Shown here: positions 9,582 through 18,505 of the stretch, piece by piece
Layout: each line of letters opens with the position of its first letter
Numbering within the stretch: position 1 is the first letter of the stretch
Source: Actinomycetota bacterium
GTDB lineage: Bacteria; Actinomycetota; JBBINU01
Assembly: GCA_037443725.1 (NCBI GenBank)
Contig: JBBINU010000004.1
Location: 111,451 to 175,450 of the forward strand
DNA: 64,000 bases
Direction: 5' to 3'
Notes under the pieces: generated by a model
The model's input: the letters and a program-made list of their open reading frames with translations, nothing else
Database searches by the model: none
What the model was told of the DNA's origin: nothing
Made by a program: the position numbers and the translations under genes

Positions 9582-11233
9582 ACCTCCACCACCACTGGGA
9601 TAACTGCGGGCCTTCTCCCCGTGGCCTCCAGCAGGAAGGTCGAGACTGTCTCCCTCACGTGCCTCCTCATCGTGTCGGGGTCAGTGGCACCATGAGCCGC
9701 GGCCTCCTTGACGGAGAGGGCCACCCTCCTCCTCGCCTCTTCCAGCACGGGGGCTTCGTTCTCAAAGGCAAAGCCCCGAGAGATCACGTCAGGCCCAGCG
9801 AGGAGAGACCCCGTCCCCACCTCCACCGCCACCACCACCAGGACCATGCCGTCCCTGGCCAGCCTCCGCCTGTCCCGAAGCACCTCGTCCCCGGCCCTGC
9901 CGAGTCCGAGGCCATCCACGAGGACGGTCCCAGCCGGAACCTTCCCCGCCCGCCTCACCTCGCCCGCCACTAGCTCGAGAACGTCTCCATCCTCCACTAG
10001 GAGAACCCGCTCCCCGGGGATGCCCAGGCTCCGGGCGAGCCTTCCCGCCGCCACCAGCTGCCCGGGCTCGCCATGAATGGGGACGAAGGCCCCGGGCTTG
10101 AGGAGGGCTATCAGGGTCTTTATCTCCTCGGCATGGGCGTGGCCGCTGGCGTGGACCTCCCCTCCGGGTCCGAGAACCTCGGCCCCCAGCCGAACCAGCC
10201 CGTTCACTACCCTGCGCACCGCCGGCTCGTTCCCGGGAACGGGGGAGGAGGAGAAGATCACTACATCCCCGGGGCCCACCTCGAGGAGGCGGTGTTCCCT
10301 CGCTGCCACCAGGGCCAGGGCCGAGAGGGGCTCGCCCTGGCTCCCGGTACAGACGAAGGCCGCCATGCCTCGGGGCAGAGCCGCAGCCTCCTCAGGCTCC
10401 ACAAGAAGCCCGGGAGGGACGCAGAGCAGGCCGAGCTCCCTCGCAACCCCCATGTTCTTCTCGAGGGACCGACCCACCAGAGCGACCTTCCTCCCCGTGG
10501 CCTCAGCCGCCCAGATCACCTGCTGTACACGGTGGACGTGGGAAGCGAAGCATGCCACCGCAACCCTCCCAGGGGTCGAGCGAAAAAGTTCCTCGAGGAC
10601 CGGTCCGACGCTGGACTCGGAGGGGGAGAGGCCCGGCCTGTCGGCGTTGGTGGCGTCGCAGAGGAAGAGATCCACCCGCCCCGAGTAGGAGGCCATCCCG
10701 GCCAGGTCGGTCCTCTCCCCCCCGACGGGGGTCTGGTCCAGCTTGAAGTCTCCGCTGTGGAACACGACGCCGTCGGGCCCCTCCACGGCGAGGGCCACTC
10801 CATGGGGAACGCTGTGAGACACCGCGAAGAAGCGGAACCCGAAGGGTCCGATCTCCCTCGCCTCCCCCGGAAGGATCGGCACCCGCGTGAAAGGCACCCC
10901 GTGTTCCTCAAGCTTCCCCTCCACCAGGCCGAGGGTGAAGGGAGTCCCCACAACGGGGATGGGGAGCCGCCGAAGGACCCAGGGAACCGCGCCGATATGG
11001 TCCTCGTGAGCGTGGGTGAGGACCAGGGCCTCGAGGACCACACCGCTCTCCTCCAAATAGTGGAAGTCGGGCAGGAGAAGATCCACCCCGAGGTGCTCAG
11101 CCTCGGGGAACATCACCCCCGCGTCGACGAGAACGCCCCTCCCCCCCCTTTCCAGGAGCATCATGTTCCGGCCCACCTCCCCCACACCGCCGAGGAAGAC
11201 GAGCCTTGTCCCCACACCTCCTCCGCTAAACAC
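9578..11233 (-). CDS. rnj: Ribonuclease J
   Basis: Metallo-beta-lactamase HAHEDHIG motif plus beta-CASP and the RNase J C-terminal domain, 551 aa. Confidence 0.9.
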   Translation of the reverse strand: MFSGGGVGTRLVFLGGVGEVGRNMMLLERGGRGVLVDAGVMFPEAEHLGVDLLLPDFHYLEESGVVLEALVLTHAHEDHIGAVPWVLRRLPIPVVGTPFTLGLVEGKLEEHGVPFTRVPILPGEAREIGPFGFRFFAVSHSVPHGVALAVEGPDGVVFHSGDFKLDQTPVGGERTDLAGMASYSGRVDLFLCDATNADRPGLSPSESSVGPVLEELFRSTPGRVAVACFASHVHRVQQVIWAAEATGRKVALVGRSLEKNMGVARELGLLCVPPGLLVEPEEAAALPRGMAAFVCTGSQGEPLSALALVAAREHRLLEVGPGDVVIFSSSPVPGNEPAVRRVVNGLVRLGAEVLGPGGEVHASGHAHAEEIKTLIALLKPGAFVPIHGEPGQLVAAGRLARSLGIPGERVLLVEDGDVLELVAGEVRRAGKVPAGTVLVDGLGLGRAGDEVLRDRRRLARDGMVLVVVAVEVGTGSLLAGPDVISRGFAFENEAPVLEEARRRVALSVKEAAAHGATDPDTMRRHVRETVSTFLLEATGRRPAVIPVVVEV

Positions 11234-12170
11234 CCACGCCCGCCGCGCGGAGCCCCTCCTTCACCTTCTCCCTCTCCTCCGGGCTAGCCGGCACCAGGGG
11301 CGGACGCGGCGGCCCCGCCGGGAGACCGAGCATCTCGCAGGCGGCTTTCACCGGAATGGGGTTGGTGGTAACGAACATGGCCCTGAAGGCGGGGAGGAGC
11401 CGGTAGTGTAGCCGCCTCGCCTCGCCCACGTCTCCCTTCTCGAAGGCCGAGACCATGCTGAGGATCCCCTCCCCCACCACGTGGCTCGCGACGCTTATGA
11501 CCCCCACGGCCCCCAGCGCAAGAAGGGGCAGGGTCCATTCGTCCTGGCCGGAGTAGAACTCGAACCCCTCCGGCACGAGAGCCATCATCCGGCTGGCGGC
11601 GGTGAAGTCGCCTCCCGACTCTTTGAGGGCCACCACCCCCGGTACCTGGGCGAGCCTGGCGAGAGTCTCGGGCTCGATGGCAGTGGCCGTGCGGGAGGGG
11701 ATGTTGTAAGGAATGATGGGTAACCGGGTGGCCTGGGCCACCCTGGTGAAGTGCTCCACCAACCCCCTCTGGGGAGGCCGGTTGTAATAGGGGGTGACCA
11801 CAAGGGCTGCATCACAGCCCGCCTCCTCCGCCGCCTGAGTCAGCTGTATGGTGCTGGAAGTGGAGTTGGTCCCGGTTCCGGCTATCACGGCGGCTCTCCC
11901 CCCAACGGCCTGCTTCACCCGCCGGAACAGCGAGACCTTCTCTTCGAAGCTCAGGGTAGCTGACTCCCCCGTGGTCCCCGAGACCACGATCCCCTCGGAT
12001 CCGTGGTCCACCAGGAACCTCGCGAGGGATGCCGCTCCTTCAAGGTCGAGGCTGAAGTCCTCCTTGAAGGGGGTGATCATGGCCGTTATCACGCGCCCGA
12101 ACCTTGCCACCTTCCCTCCTTCCCCGTCCACCCGGAAAAAAAGCTTACATGCCAGCTTACACCGGTCCAC
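11226..12170 (-). CDS. dapA: 4-hydroxy-tetrahydrodipicolinate synthase
   Basis: TIM-barrel DapA motifs (GVVVSGTTGESATLS, the active-site Lys region) are present. The start may be internal to the ORF. Confidence 0.85.
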   Translation of the reverse strand: MDRCKLACKLFFRVDGEGGKVARFGRVITAMITPFKEDFSLDLEGAASLARFLVDHGSEGIVVSGTTGESATLSFEEKVSLFRRVKQAVGGRAAVIAGTGTNSTSSTIQLTQAAEEAGCDAALVVTPYYNRPPQRGLVEHFTRVAQATRLPIIPYNIPSRTATAIEPETLARLAQVPGVVALKESGGDFTAASRMMALVPEGFEFYSGQDEWTLPLLALGAVGVISVASHVVGEGILSMVSAFEKGDVGEARRLHYRLLPAFRAMFVTTNPIPVKAACEMLGLPAGPPRPPLVPASPEEREKVKEGLRAAGVGV

Positions 12171-12205
12171 CAGCGAGACTCGTGAGCCAGGTTTACACCC
12201 GGGTG

Positions 12206-12925
12206 CTAGGGCGCTCTCCTCCCGAACTCCACGAAGGCCCGGTGGGTCTCGGGCATGAGGGACTGGAAGAACCCCTCCACCACCCGCGCGTACTCCCTCA
12301 TCTCGTAAAGGGCCTGGGGGGAGTTCCTGAGGGACAGGAAGTTCATGAGGCTCCTGGCATTCACGGTCCAGTAGAACTGCGTGTATATCCCCACAGGAAG
12401 GACGGCCCGCGCCAGCTCCCTCGCCACCCCCGCCTCGATCATTTCCTGGTAGGCTCGGTAGGCCTCCTCGTACACCCCCTTCATGAGACCCCGGGCCACC
12501 TCTGCGAGCTCGGGCGCGGGTTCAAAGCAGTAGGCCCCCGCCTTTCCCACCTGTCTCCTTACAGCCTCGGGGGAGGGAAGGTAGAAGAGGGGCTCGAGGG
12601 TGTGGTATCTCGCCGACTCTTCGTTGAAGGAACCTATCCTGTGCCGGAACCACTCCCTCGCCACGAAGATGGGGCAGCGCACGTGGAACCGGAAAGAGTT
12701 GTGCTCGAAGGGGGTGCCGTGGCGTTCGCGCATGAGGAACCGGATGAGGCCGGCATCGTCGGCCTCGAAGACCTCCTTTCTTCTGCCGAAGGAGACCCTA
12801 GCGGCGTTCACCACCGAGAGGTCGTCGGCCATAGCGGCGTCCAGGCGGACGAAGCCGTGGTCAAGAACGGACACCCTCCCTCCCACCCTGAAGGGGCTCT
12901 CAGCCTCGCCCACGGCTGCCTCCAC
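12206..12925 (-). CDS. thyX: FAD-dependent thymidylate synthase ThyX
   Basis: ThyX signature RHRIGSFNEESARY. Confidence 0.85.
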   Translation of the reverse strand: MEAAVGEAESPFRVGGRVSVLDHGFVRLDAAMADDLSVVNAARVSFGRRKEVFEADDAGLIRFLMRERHGTPFEHNSFRFHVRCPIFVAREWFRHRIGSFNEESARYHTLEPLFYLPSPEAVRRQVGKAGAYCFEPAPELAEVARGLMKGVYEEAYRAYQEMIEAGVARELARAVLPVGIYTQFYWTVNARSLMNFLSLRNSPQALYEMREYARVVEGFFQSLMPETHRAFVEFGRRAP

Positions 12926-14084
12926 CTCCGGCCTCGAACCCGAGGTCCAGCTTCCCTGCCCCCGGCGTCTTCAAAACACCCGAATCGAAACGGTACACCC
13001 TGCTCGCCTTCTCCCGGTGGACCTCGAGGGCGAGGTCCACAAGGCGCTTTACCAGCTCCGGAAAGGGGATCCCCGCCTCCCTCCAAAGGTAGAAGGAGAG
13101 GCTGCCCGGGATGGTGTTTATCTCGTTCACGTACACCTCGCCCGTCTCGGGCCGGCAGAAGAAGTCCACCCGCGCCACCCCCGCAGCATCCACTGCCTTG
13201 AAGGCCCTCACCGCCATCGCCTGGATCTTGAGGGTGAGCTCCTCCCCGACAGGAGCGGGGATGATCCTCCTCTGACCTTTCATGCCCTCCTCTGGCCGTC
13301 CGCGGAGGTACTTGTCCTCGAAGGAGAGGAATTCATCCCAGGGAACGGGCTCCTCCAGGGGTGAGGGGAGAGGCTCTTCCGTCCCGAGGACGGAGCAGTT
13401 CACCTCCCTGAACCCCTGGAAGGCTTTCTCCACGATGACCTTCCCCGAGTACCTCGCCGCCACCTCCACTCCGAAAGCCAGAGAGGCCTCGTCGGTGGCC
13501 TTGGCAATCCCCACGGAGGAGCCGAGATTGGCAGGCTTCACGAAAAGGGGGAACCCGAGGTCGGAAACGAGCTCTTTCACCAACTCCTCCCCCCTCTTCC
13601 GCCACTCCCAGACGCTGAAGGCCCGGTAGGGGCCGACCGGGAGGCCGGCGGCACGGAAGACCGCCTTCATCGCGACCTTATCCATCCCCAGGGCCGAGCC
13701 CACCACCCCAGACCCCACATAGGGCAGGTCCGCCAGCTCCAGGAGGCCCTGGAGGGTGCCGTCCTCTCCGAAGGTTCCGTGGCAGGCGGGTAAAACAGCG
13801 TCGACGGGCTCCAGGCGCCAGCGGCCGAAGGACCCCTTCACCAGGAGCCCCCCCGCTGGCCAGGGCGGTATGAAACCCTCCCTACCGACCCCCTCCCACC
13901 TCCCCTCCCTGAAGACCCCGATCTCAGCCAAGCCCTCTCCCACGAGCCAGCGCCCCTCCTTGGTGATGTACACCGGGAGGACCTCATAACCCGCCTCCCT
14001 CAGGGCACCCATGGCCTGGACAGCCGTGATGACGGAGACGTCGTGTTCCACGGAACGGCTACCAAAGACCACCGCCACCCTCAT
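12900..14084 (-). CDS. ddl: D-alanine--D-alanine ligase
   Basis: N-terminal GGRSVEHDVS and the ATP-grasp domain. It sits next to murF. Confidence 0.9.
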   Translation of the reverse strand: MRVAVVFGSRSVEHDVSVITAVQAMGALREAGYEVLPVYITKEGRWLVGEGLAEIGVFREGRWEGVGREGFIPPWPAGGLLVKGSFGRWRLEPVDAVLPACHGTFGEDGTLQGLLELADLPYVGSGVVGSALGMDKVAMKAVFRAAGLPVGPYRAFSVWEWRKRGEELVKELVSDLGFPLFVKPANLGSSVGIAKATDEASLAFGVEVAARYSGKVIVEKAFQGFREVNCSVLGTEEPLPSPLEEPVPWDEFLSFEDKYLRGRPEEGMKGQRRIIPAPVGEELTLKIQAMAVRAFKAVDAAGVARVDFFCRPETGEVYVNEINTIPGSLSFYLWREAGIPFPELVKRLVDLALEVHREKASRVYRFDSGVLKTPGAGKLDLGFEAGGGGSRGRG

Positions 14085-14148
14085 CTCTCACCTCGCGTTC
14101 CCTCGCCAACCCCCCGCCGGGTCCCGCGGCCGGTCCGGGAGCTCACCC

Positions 14149-15639
14149 TCACCTCCTCCCGGTCCCTGGTCCCCCCCTCGCCACCTCGAGATGCTCTGGG
14201 AGGTCGTTCTCAAAGAGGACCGCGTCTCCCGGGCGAAGTTCCTCCTTTAGGAAGGAGGAAGCCTGGATCAGGGTCTCGAAGATCCTGGCCTTCCTTTCCC
14301 CTCCCCCCCTGCCCAGACCCTCAAGGAGAGCCTCCCGGTTGGGGAGCCCCACCACCACCACCAGGTCGCAAACGCGCGACGCCTCCTCGCCCAGGGCCGC
14401 GTTCTCCTGGAACTGCTTCTCCCCGAGCTCCACCATACCCGGGGTGACCAGGATCCTTCTCCTCGCCGGGAGGAGTCCTAGTACGCGCAGGGCCTCCCTC
14501 GCCCCCTCGGGGTTCGAGTTGTAGGAGTCGTCAAGAACCACCACACCCCCCGAAGCCTTAAGCTCCAAGCGGTGCGGCACGGGCTCGACCCTGGCGAGCC
14601 CCTGGACCACCTCCTCCAGGGAGAGGCCCTCCTCGATGCCGACGCAGGCCGCGGCCAGCAGGTTGGAAACGTTGTGCAGGCCGAGAAGGCGGGTGGCCAC
14701 CTTCCTCTCCCCGCCCGGTGAGACTAGGGTGAAGGTGGTTCCTCCTGGCCCTACCGAGACGTCCCTGGCGGTGCAGAGCAGGCCCGGCCTTTCCTCCAGA
14801 CCGTATAGAACCGCCCTCACCCTGGCCGTGACCCTGGCCAGCCGCTCCAGAACGGGGTCGTCCGCATTGAACACGGCGTATCCCCCATCGGGCACTGCTT
14901 CCACCAGCTCATACTTGGCCCTAGCCACAGCCTCCAGGCTCCCGAAGCGCTCCAGATGGGCTGGACCGATCCGGGTCAGGACCGCCACATGAGGGGGCAC
15001 CATCCTCGCAAGCTGCCTGATCTCGCCCTCCCCGAAGGCCCCCATCTCCACCACGAGATACTCGAGTCCGGGGCTGACCTTCTCCCTCACCTCCCGCGCA
15101 AGTCCCATGGGCGTGTTCACCGAGCCTCTAGGCCTGAAGACCCTGAACCGCGTGGCCAGAACGGAAGCTAACGCTTCCTTGGTGGTGGTCTTACCGTAGG
15201 AACCCGTCACCGCCACCACCCTGGCCCCACTCCTCACCACCCTCGCCCTCGCATCGGCAGCGTACACGGCGTTCATTGCCATCTGCACCGGGCCGAGAAG
15301 GAGGTTGGCGAGGGCGAGACCGAGGGGGGATAGGCAGGCGGCAACAAGGCCCGAGACAACCCCGAGGGCGGCGGAGGGAGCCAAAGCGAGCCCGGCGAGG
15401 AAGACAAGGGCCAGGTAAACGCAGAGGATCCTCCAGGCTCTCCCGGTCATGGCGAGGGATCCCTTCCTTCCCCTGGGCGGAACCCAGAGGAGGGCCCGGG
15501 GGTTGGCCCGGAGATAGGCCAGAAACCTGGCGTTCCTGTAGCGTTCTACCTGGAGGAGGCGGAGGTGCCCCAGGGCCCTCAGGGCAGAGACGCCCACCAC
15601 AAGGAACTCCACCAGAAACCAGGCCACCCAGACCCTCAA
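14149..15639 (-). CDS. murF: UDP-MurNAc-tripeptide--D-Ala-D-Ala ligase MurF with atypical hydrophobic N-terminal region
   Basis: P-loop TGSYGKTTTK and MurF-specific C-terminal DDSYNSNP. The ORF runs to 15831, but it overlaps the upstream hydrolase; a TTG at 15639 overlaps that gene's TGA. The canonical MurF N-domain motifs are absent and two predicted TM helices take their place. Confidence 0.75.
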   Translation of the reverse strand: MRVWVAWFLVEFLVVGVSALRALGHLRLLQVERYRNARFLAYLRANPRALLWVPPRGRKGSLAMTGRAWRILCVYLALVFLAGLALAPSAALGVVSGLVAACLSPLGLALANLLLGPVQMAMNAVYAADARARVVRSGARVVAVTGSYGKTTTKEALASVLATRFRVFRPRGSVNTPMGLAREVREKVSPGLEYLVVEMGAFGEGEIRQLARMVPPHVAVLTRIGPAHLERFGSLEAVARAKYELVEAVPDGGYAVFNADDPVLERLARVTARVRAVLYGLEERPGLLCTARDVSVGPGGTTFTLVSPGGERKVATRLLGLHNVSNLLAAACVGIEEGLSLEEVVQGLARVEPVPHRLELKASGGVVVLDDSYNSNPEGAREALRVLGLLPARRRILVTPGMVELGEKQFQENAALGEEASRVCDLVVVVGLPNREALLEGLGRGGGERKARIFETLIQASSFLKEELRPGDAVLFENDLPEHLEVARGGPGTGRR

Positions 15640-16382
15640 GTCCCCTCCTCGAGAAACTTCAGCACCAGACCGAGGAAGGCATCCTCCCTCTCCAGGTGGG
15701 GGAAGTGCCCTGCCCCCGGAAGCACCTCCAGCCTGGCCCGGGGTATCAGCCTTGCCATGGCCTCCCCCACTTCCACCGGAACCTCCCTGTCGTCGGACCC
15801 CCAGACCAGGAGGGTCGGCTGGGCAAGGCACGAGAGGAGGGGCCGGAGGTCCTCCCCCACAACCCGGGAGAGAACAGGCCTCATGGAGGGGGGCGCCGCC
15901 TTCCAGTCCCTCGAGCCCACCAGCCCGTATATGAGGCTTTTGGCAAGGGCGCCGGGCCCACCAAGCCTCCCCAGGGCCCTCCCCACCCTCGACAGGAGCC
16001 TCCTCACGACCAGGCCAGGACGCGGGCGGGGGCGGAGTCCTGCTGAGGCCACCAGGACCAGCCGGGAGACAAGATGCGGCCAGCCTGCAGCAAGCCTGAT
16101 CCCGATCCTCCCCCCGAAGGAATGGGCCACAACCCCCGCCCCCTCGGCTCCCAGGGCCTCCATGAGACCGGCCACGGCCGAGGCGTATTCCTCGGACCCC
16201 CAGGCCCCAGGCGGGGGCGGGCTCTTCCCGAATCCGGGGAGGTCAGGGAGGAGCACTTTCCAGCTGCGGGAGAGCGCCTGAGCGGTCCTGCTCCAGCCCA
16301 GACCCGAATCACCCCACCCGTGAAGGATCACGAGCCAGGGTCCCTCGCCAAGAACGCGGTACGAGACTGGGGCCGACCTCAC
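15636..16382 (-). CDS. Alpha/beta-fold hydrolase
   Basis: HGWGDS oxyanion region and the nucleophile elbow AHSFGG in a 248 aa protein. Confidence 0.6.
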   Translation of the reverse strand: MRSAPVSYRVLGEGPWLVILHGWGDSGLGWSRTAQALSRSWKVLLPDLPGFGKSPPPPGAWGSEEYASAVAGLMEALGAEGAGVVAHSFGGRIGIRLAAGWPHLVSRLVLVASAGLRPRPRPGLVVRRLLSRVGRALGRLGGPGALAKSLIYGLVGSRDWKAAPPSMRPVLSRVVGEDLRPLLSCLAQPTLLVWGSDDREVPVEVGEAMARLIPRARLEVLPGAGHFPHLEREDAFLGLVLKFLEEGT

Positions 16383-16422
16383 GCGTGGAAGGGTACAACC
16401 CTACGGGCGCAATCAGCAGATG

Positions 16423-17214
16423 CTACAGGCCGAGCAGCGGCTCGAGGCCCACGGTGAGCCCAGGCCTCCTCACCACCTCTCTGATGGCCATGAGCACGCC
16501 AGGCATGAAAGAGGTCCGGTCCAGAGAATCGTGCCTTATGGTGAGAACCTGACCCTCCCCGCCAAAGATGACCTCCTGGTGGGCAACGAGACCGGGCAGC
16601 CGGACGGCATGGACCTGCACGCCTCGGTGCTCCTGGCCCCTGGCAAGCTCTCCCACTCCAGGTGCGGTCGGGGTCTCGCCCCTCTTCCGCCAGACCTCTG
16701 CTATGAGCTCGGCCGTCCTGAGCGCCGTGCCGGAGGGGGCGTCCTTCTTTCCCTCGTGGTGCATCTCCACCACCTCGGCCCTCTGGAAGAAGGCCGCCGC
16801 CATGGCCGCCATCTTCATCATGAGGACCGCACCCAGCGAGAAGTTGGGGGCCCAGATGAGACCCCGGTTCCTCCCCTCAAGCATGGAGGCTATCTCCGAG
16901 AGGTCTTCCTCCCCAAGACCGGTGGTCCCCACCACCGCATGGAGCCCCTGCTCGACGTACCAGCGGAGATTTCCCCTCACGGCGGCCGGGGTGGTGAAGT
17001 CAACAGCCACCTCTGCTCCCCCCTCCAGGAGTCCCTCCAGGCCCCCGGAGACCCTAAGATCGGCCACCTCCTCGCCGAGCAACTGAGAGAGGCTCGCCCC
17101 CGCGTGCCGCGGGGAAACCGCCGCCACCAGCTGCATGTCCGGTTGTGCTATGACCGCACGACAGACCGTCCTCCCCATCTTCCCCGCCGCTCCCACCACG
17201 CCTACCCTGATCAT
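16423..17214 (-). CDS. dapB: 4-hydroxy-tetrahydrodipicolinate reductase
   Basis: N-terminal GxxGxxG (VGVVGAAGKMGR) and DapB catalytic motifs (EMHHEGKKDAPSGTA). Confidence 0.9.
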   Translation of the reverse strand: MIRVGVVGAAGKMGRTVCRAVIAQPDMQLVAAVSPRHAGASLSQLLGEEVADLRVSGGLEGLLEGGAEVAVDFTTPAAVRGNLRWYVEQGLHAVVGTTGLGEEDLSEIASMLEGRNRGLIWAPNFSLGAVLMMKMAAMAAAFFQRAEVVEMHHEGKKDAPSGTALRTAELIAEVWRKRGETPTAPGVGELARGQEHRGVQVHAVRLPGLVAHQEVIFGGEGQVLTIRHDSLDRTSFMPGVLMAIREVVRRPGLTVGLEPLLGL

Positions 17215-18488
17215 CCCGACCTCCCACCAGCGTCAAGGAGATCGCCCAGGCTCCCGACCTCTTCCGGACCCACCGCCGCCAGGACCCACGGCCCCTTCAG
17301 GACCTCGGCAGCGAGAGCCGCCACCTCCTCCGGGGTGACAGAATCGATCCGTGCCAGGACTTCGTCCAGGCTGAGCACCTCACCCCCCACCGTGTAGGCC
17401 TTCCCGAGGCGGGTCATCCTCCCCCCTGGGTCCTCCATGGAGAGAACCAAGCTCCCGCGGACGTGCCCCTTTCCCCGTTCCACCTCCTCGACGGTGAGCC
17501 CGTTCCCGGCCACCTGCTCGAGCTCCTCCATGACGAGCGAGAGAACCTCCTCGGCTTTGGAGGGGTGGCAGCCCGCGTACACCCCGAAGGAGCCCGTCTC
17601 GGAGTAGCCTGAGTGGAAGGAATAGATGGAGTAGACGAGGCCCCTCTCTTCCCGGATCCTCTGGAAGAGTCGGCTGGACATCCCTCCCCCCACCACGCTC
17701 GAGAGGACTGCCATGGCATACCGCCGGGGATCGCTCCTGGAGAGGGCCCTACCGCCGATGACCAGGTGAGCCTGTTCCGTCGGTCTTTCGAGGAAAGTGA
17801 ACCTCGGCTCCAGCAAGCCAGGAGCGGGCCGCTTCGCCTTCGGCTTCGACCCTCCCCTGGTCTCCGCGAGCCTATCCTCTACCATCCTCACCAGCTCTGG
17901 GTGTTCAACCCTGCCCGCCGCGGCCACCACGAGCTCGGAGGGGAGATAATGGCGGCGGTAGAACTCCACCAGGGATCGGCGCGAGAGAGCCTCCACCGTC
18001 TCCTTACTTCCGAGGACGGGCCGGCCCAGGGGATGGCCTGGGAAGAGAGCCTCGGTGAAGAGATCCTGCACGAGGTCCTCGGGGTTGTCATCCCGCATCC
18101 TTATCTCTTCCAGGATGACCTGCCTCTCCGACTCGATCTCGGCCGGGGAGAGGAGGGCGTTTAGGAACATGTCCGCGAGGACCTCCAGCGCGAGAGGGAG
18201 GTCCCGGTCCAAAACCCTCGCGTAGAAGCAGGTGTACTCGCGGGCGGAGAAGGCGTTCGCCTCTCCCCCGATGGCGTCAAAGGTCTCGGCTATCTGCCGG
18301 GCCGTGCGGTTCTTAGTGCCCTTGAAGAGAAGGTGCTCCAGAAAATGGGAGGCCCCGGCCAGACTGGGAGCCTCGTCCCTGGAGCCCACGGCCACCCAGA
18401 AACCCAGAGCAACCGAGCGAACCCCGGGGATGGGCTCGGAAACCACCCTGAGGCCGCCGGGAAGCTCGGTGAACCCCCCAGCCTCCAA
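17211..18488 (-). CDS. M16 (pitrilysin) family zinc peptidase
   Basis: Inverted zinc-binding motif HFLEHLLFKGT. Its position downstream of pnp matches mlpA/ymxG. Confidence 0.8.
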   Translation of the reverse strand: MEAGGFTELPGGLRVVSEPIPGVRSVALGFWVAVGSRDEAPSLAGASHFLEHLLFKGTKNRTARQIAETFDAIGGEANAFSAREYTCFYARVLDRDLPLALEVLADMFLNALLSPAEIESERQVILEEIRMRDDNPEDLVQDLFTEALFPGHPLGRPVLGSKETVEALSRRSLVEFYRRHYLPSELVVAAAGRVEHPELVRMVEDRLAETRGGSKPKAKRPAPGLLEPRFTFLERPTEQAHLVIGGRALSRSDPRRYAMAVLSSVVGGGMSSRLFQRIREERGLVYSIYSFHSGYSETGSFGVYAGCHPSKAEEVLSLVMEELEQVAGNGLTVEEVERGKGHVRGSLVLSMEDPGGRMTRLGKAYTVGGEVLSLDEVLARIDSVTPEEVAALAAEVLKGPWVLAAVGPEEVGSLGDLLDAGGRSG

Positions 18489-18505
18489 CTCACCTCCCGC
18501 GCCGG

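Noticed and set aside
15640-15831. First 64 codons of the long murF ORF (MPCPADPPGLGVRRQGG...)
   Set aside because: It overlaps the 3' end of the alpha/beta hydrolase gene in another frame and is Gly/Pro-rich. A TTG overlapping the hydrolase stop gives a more plausible coupled start.
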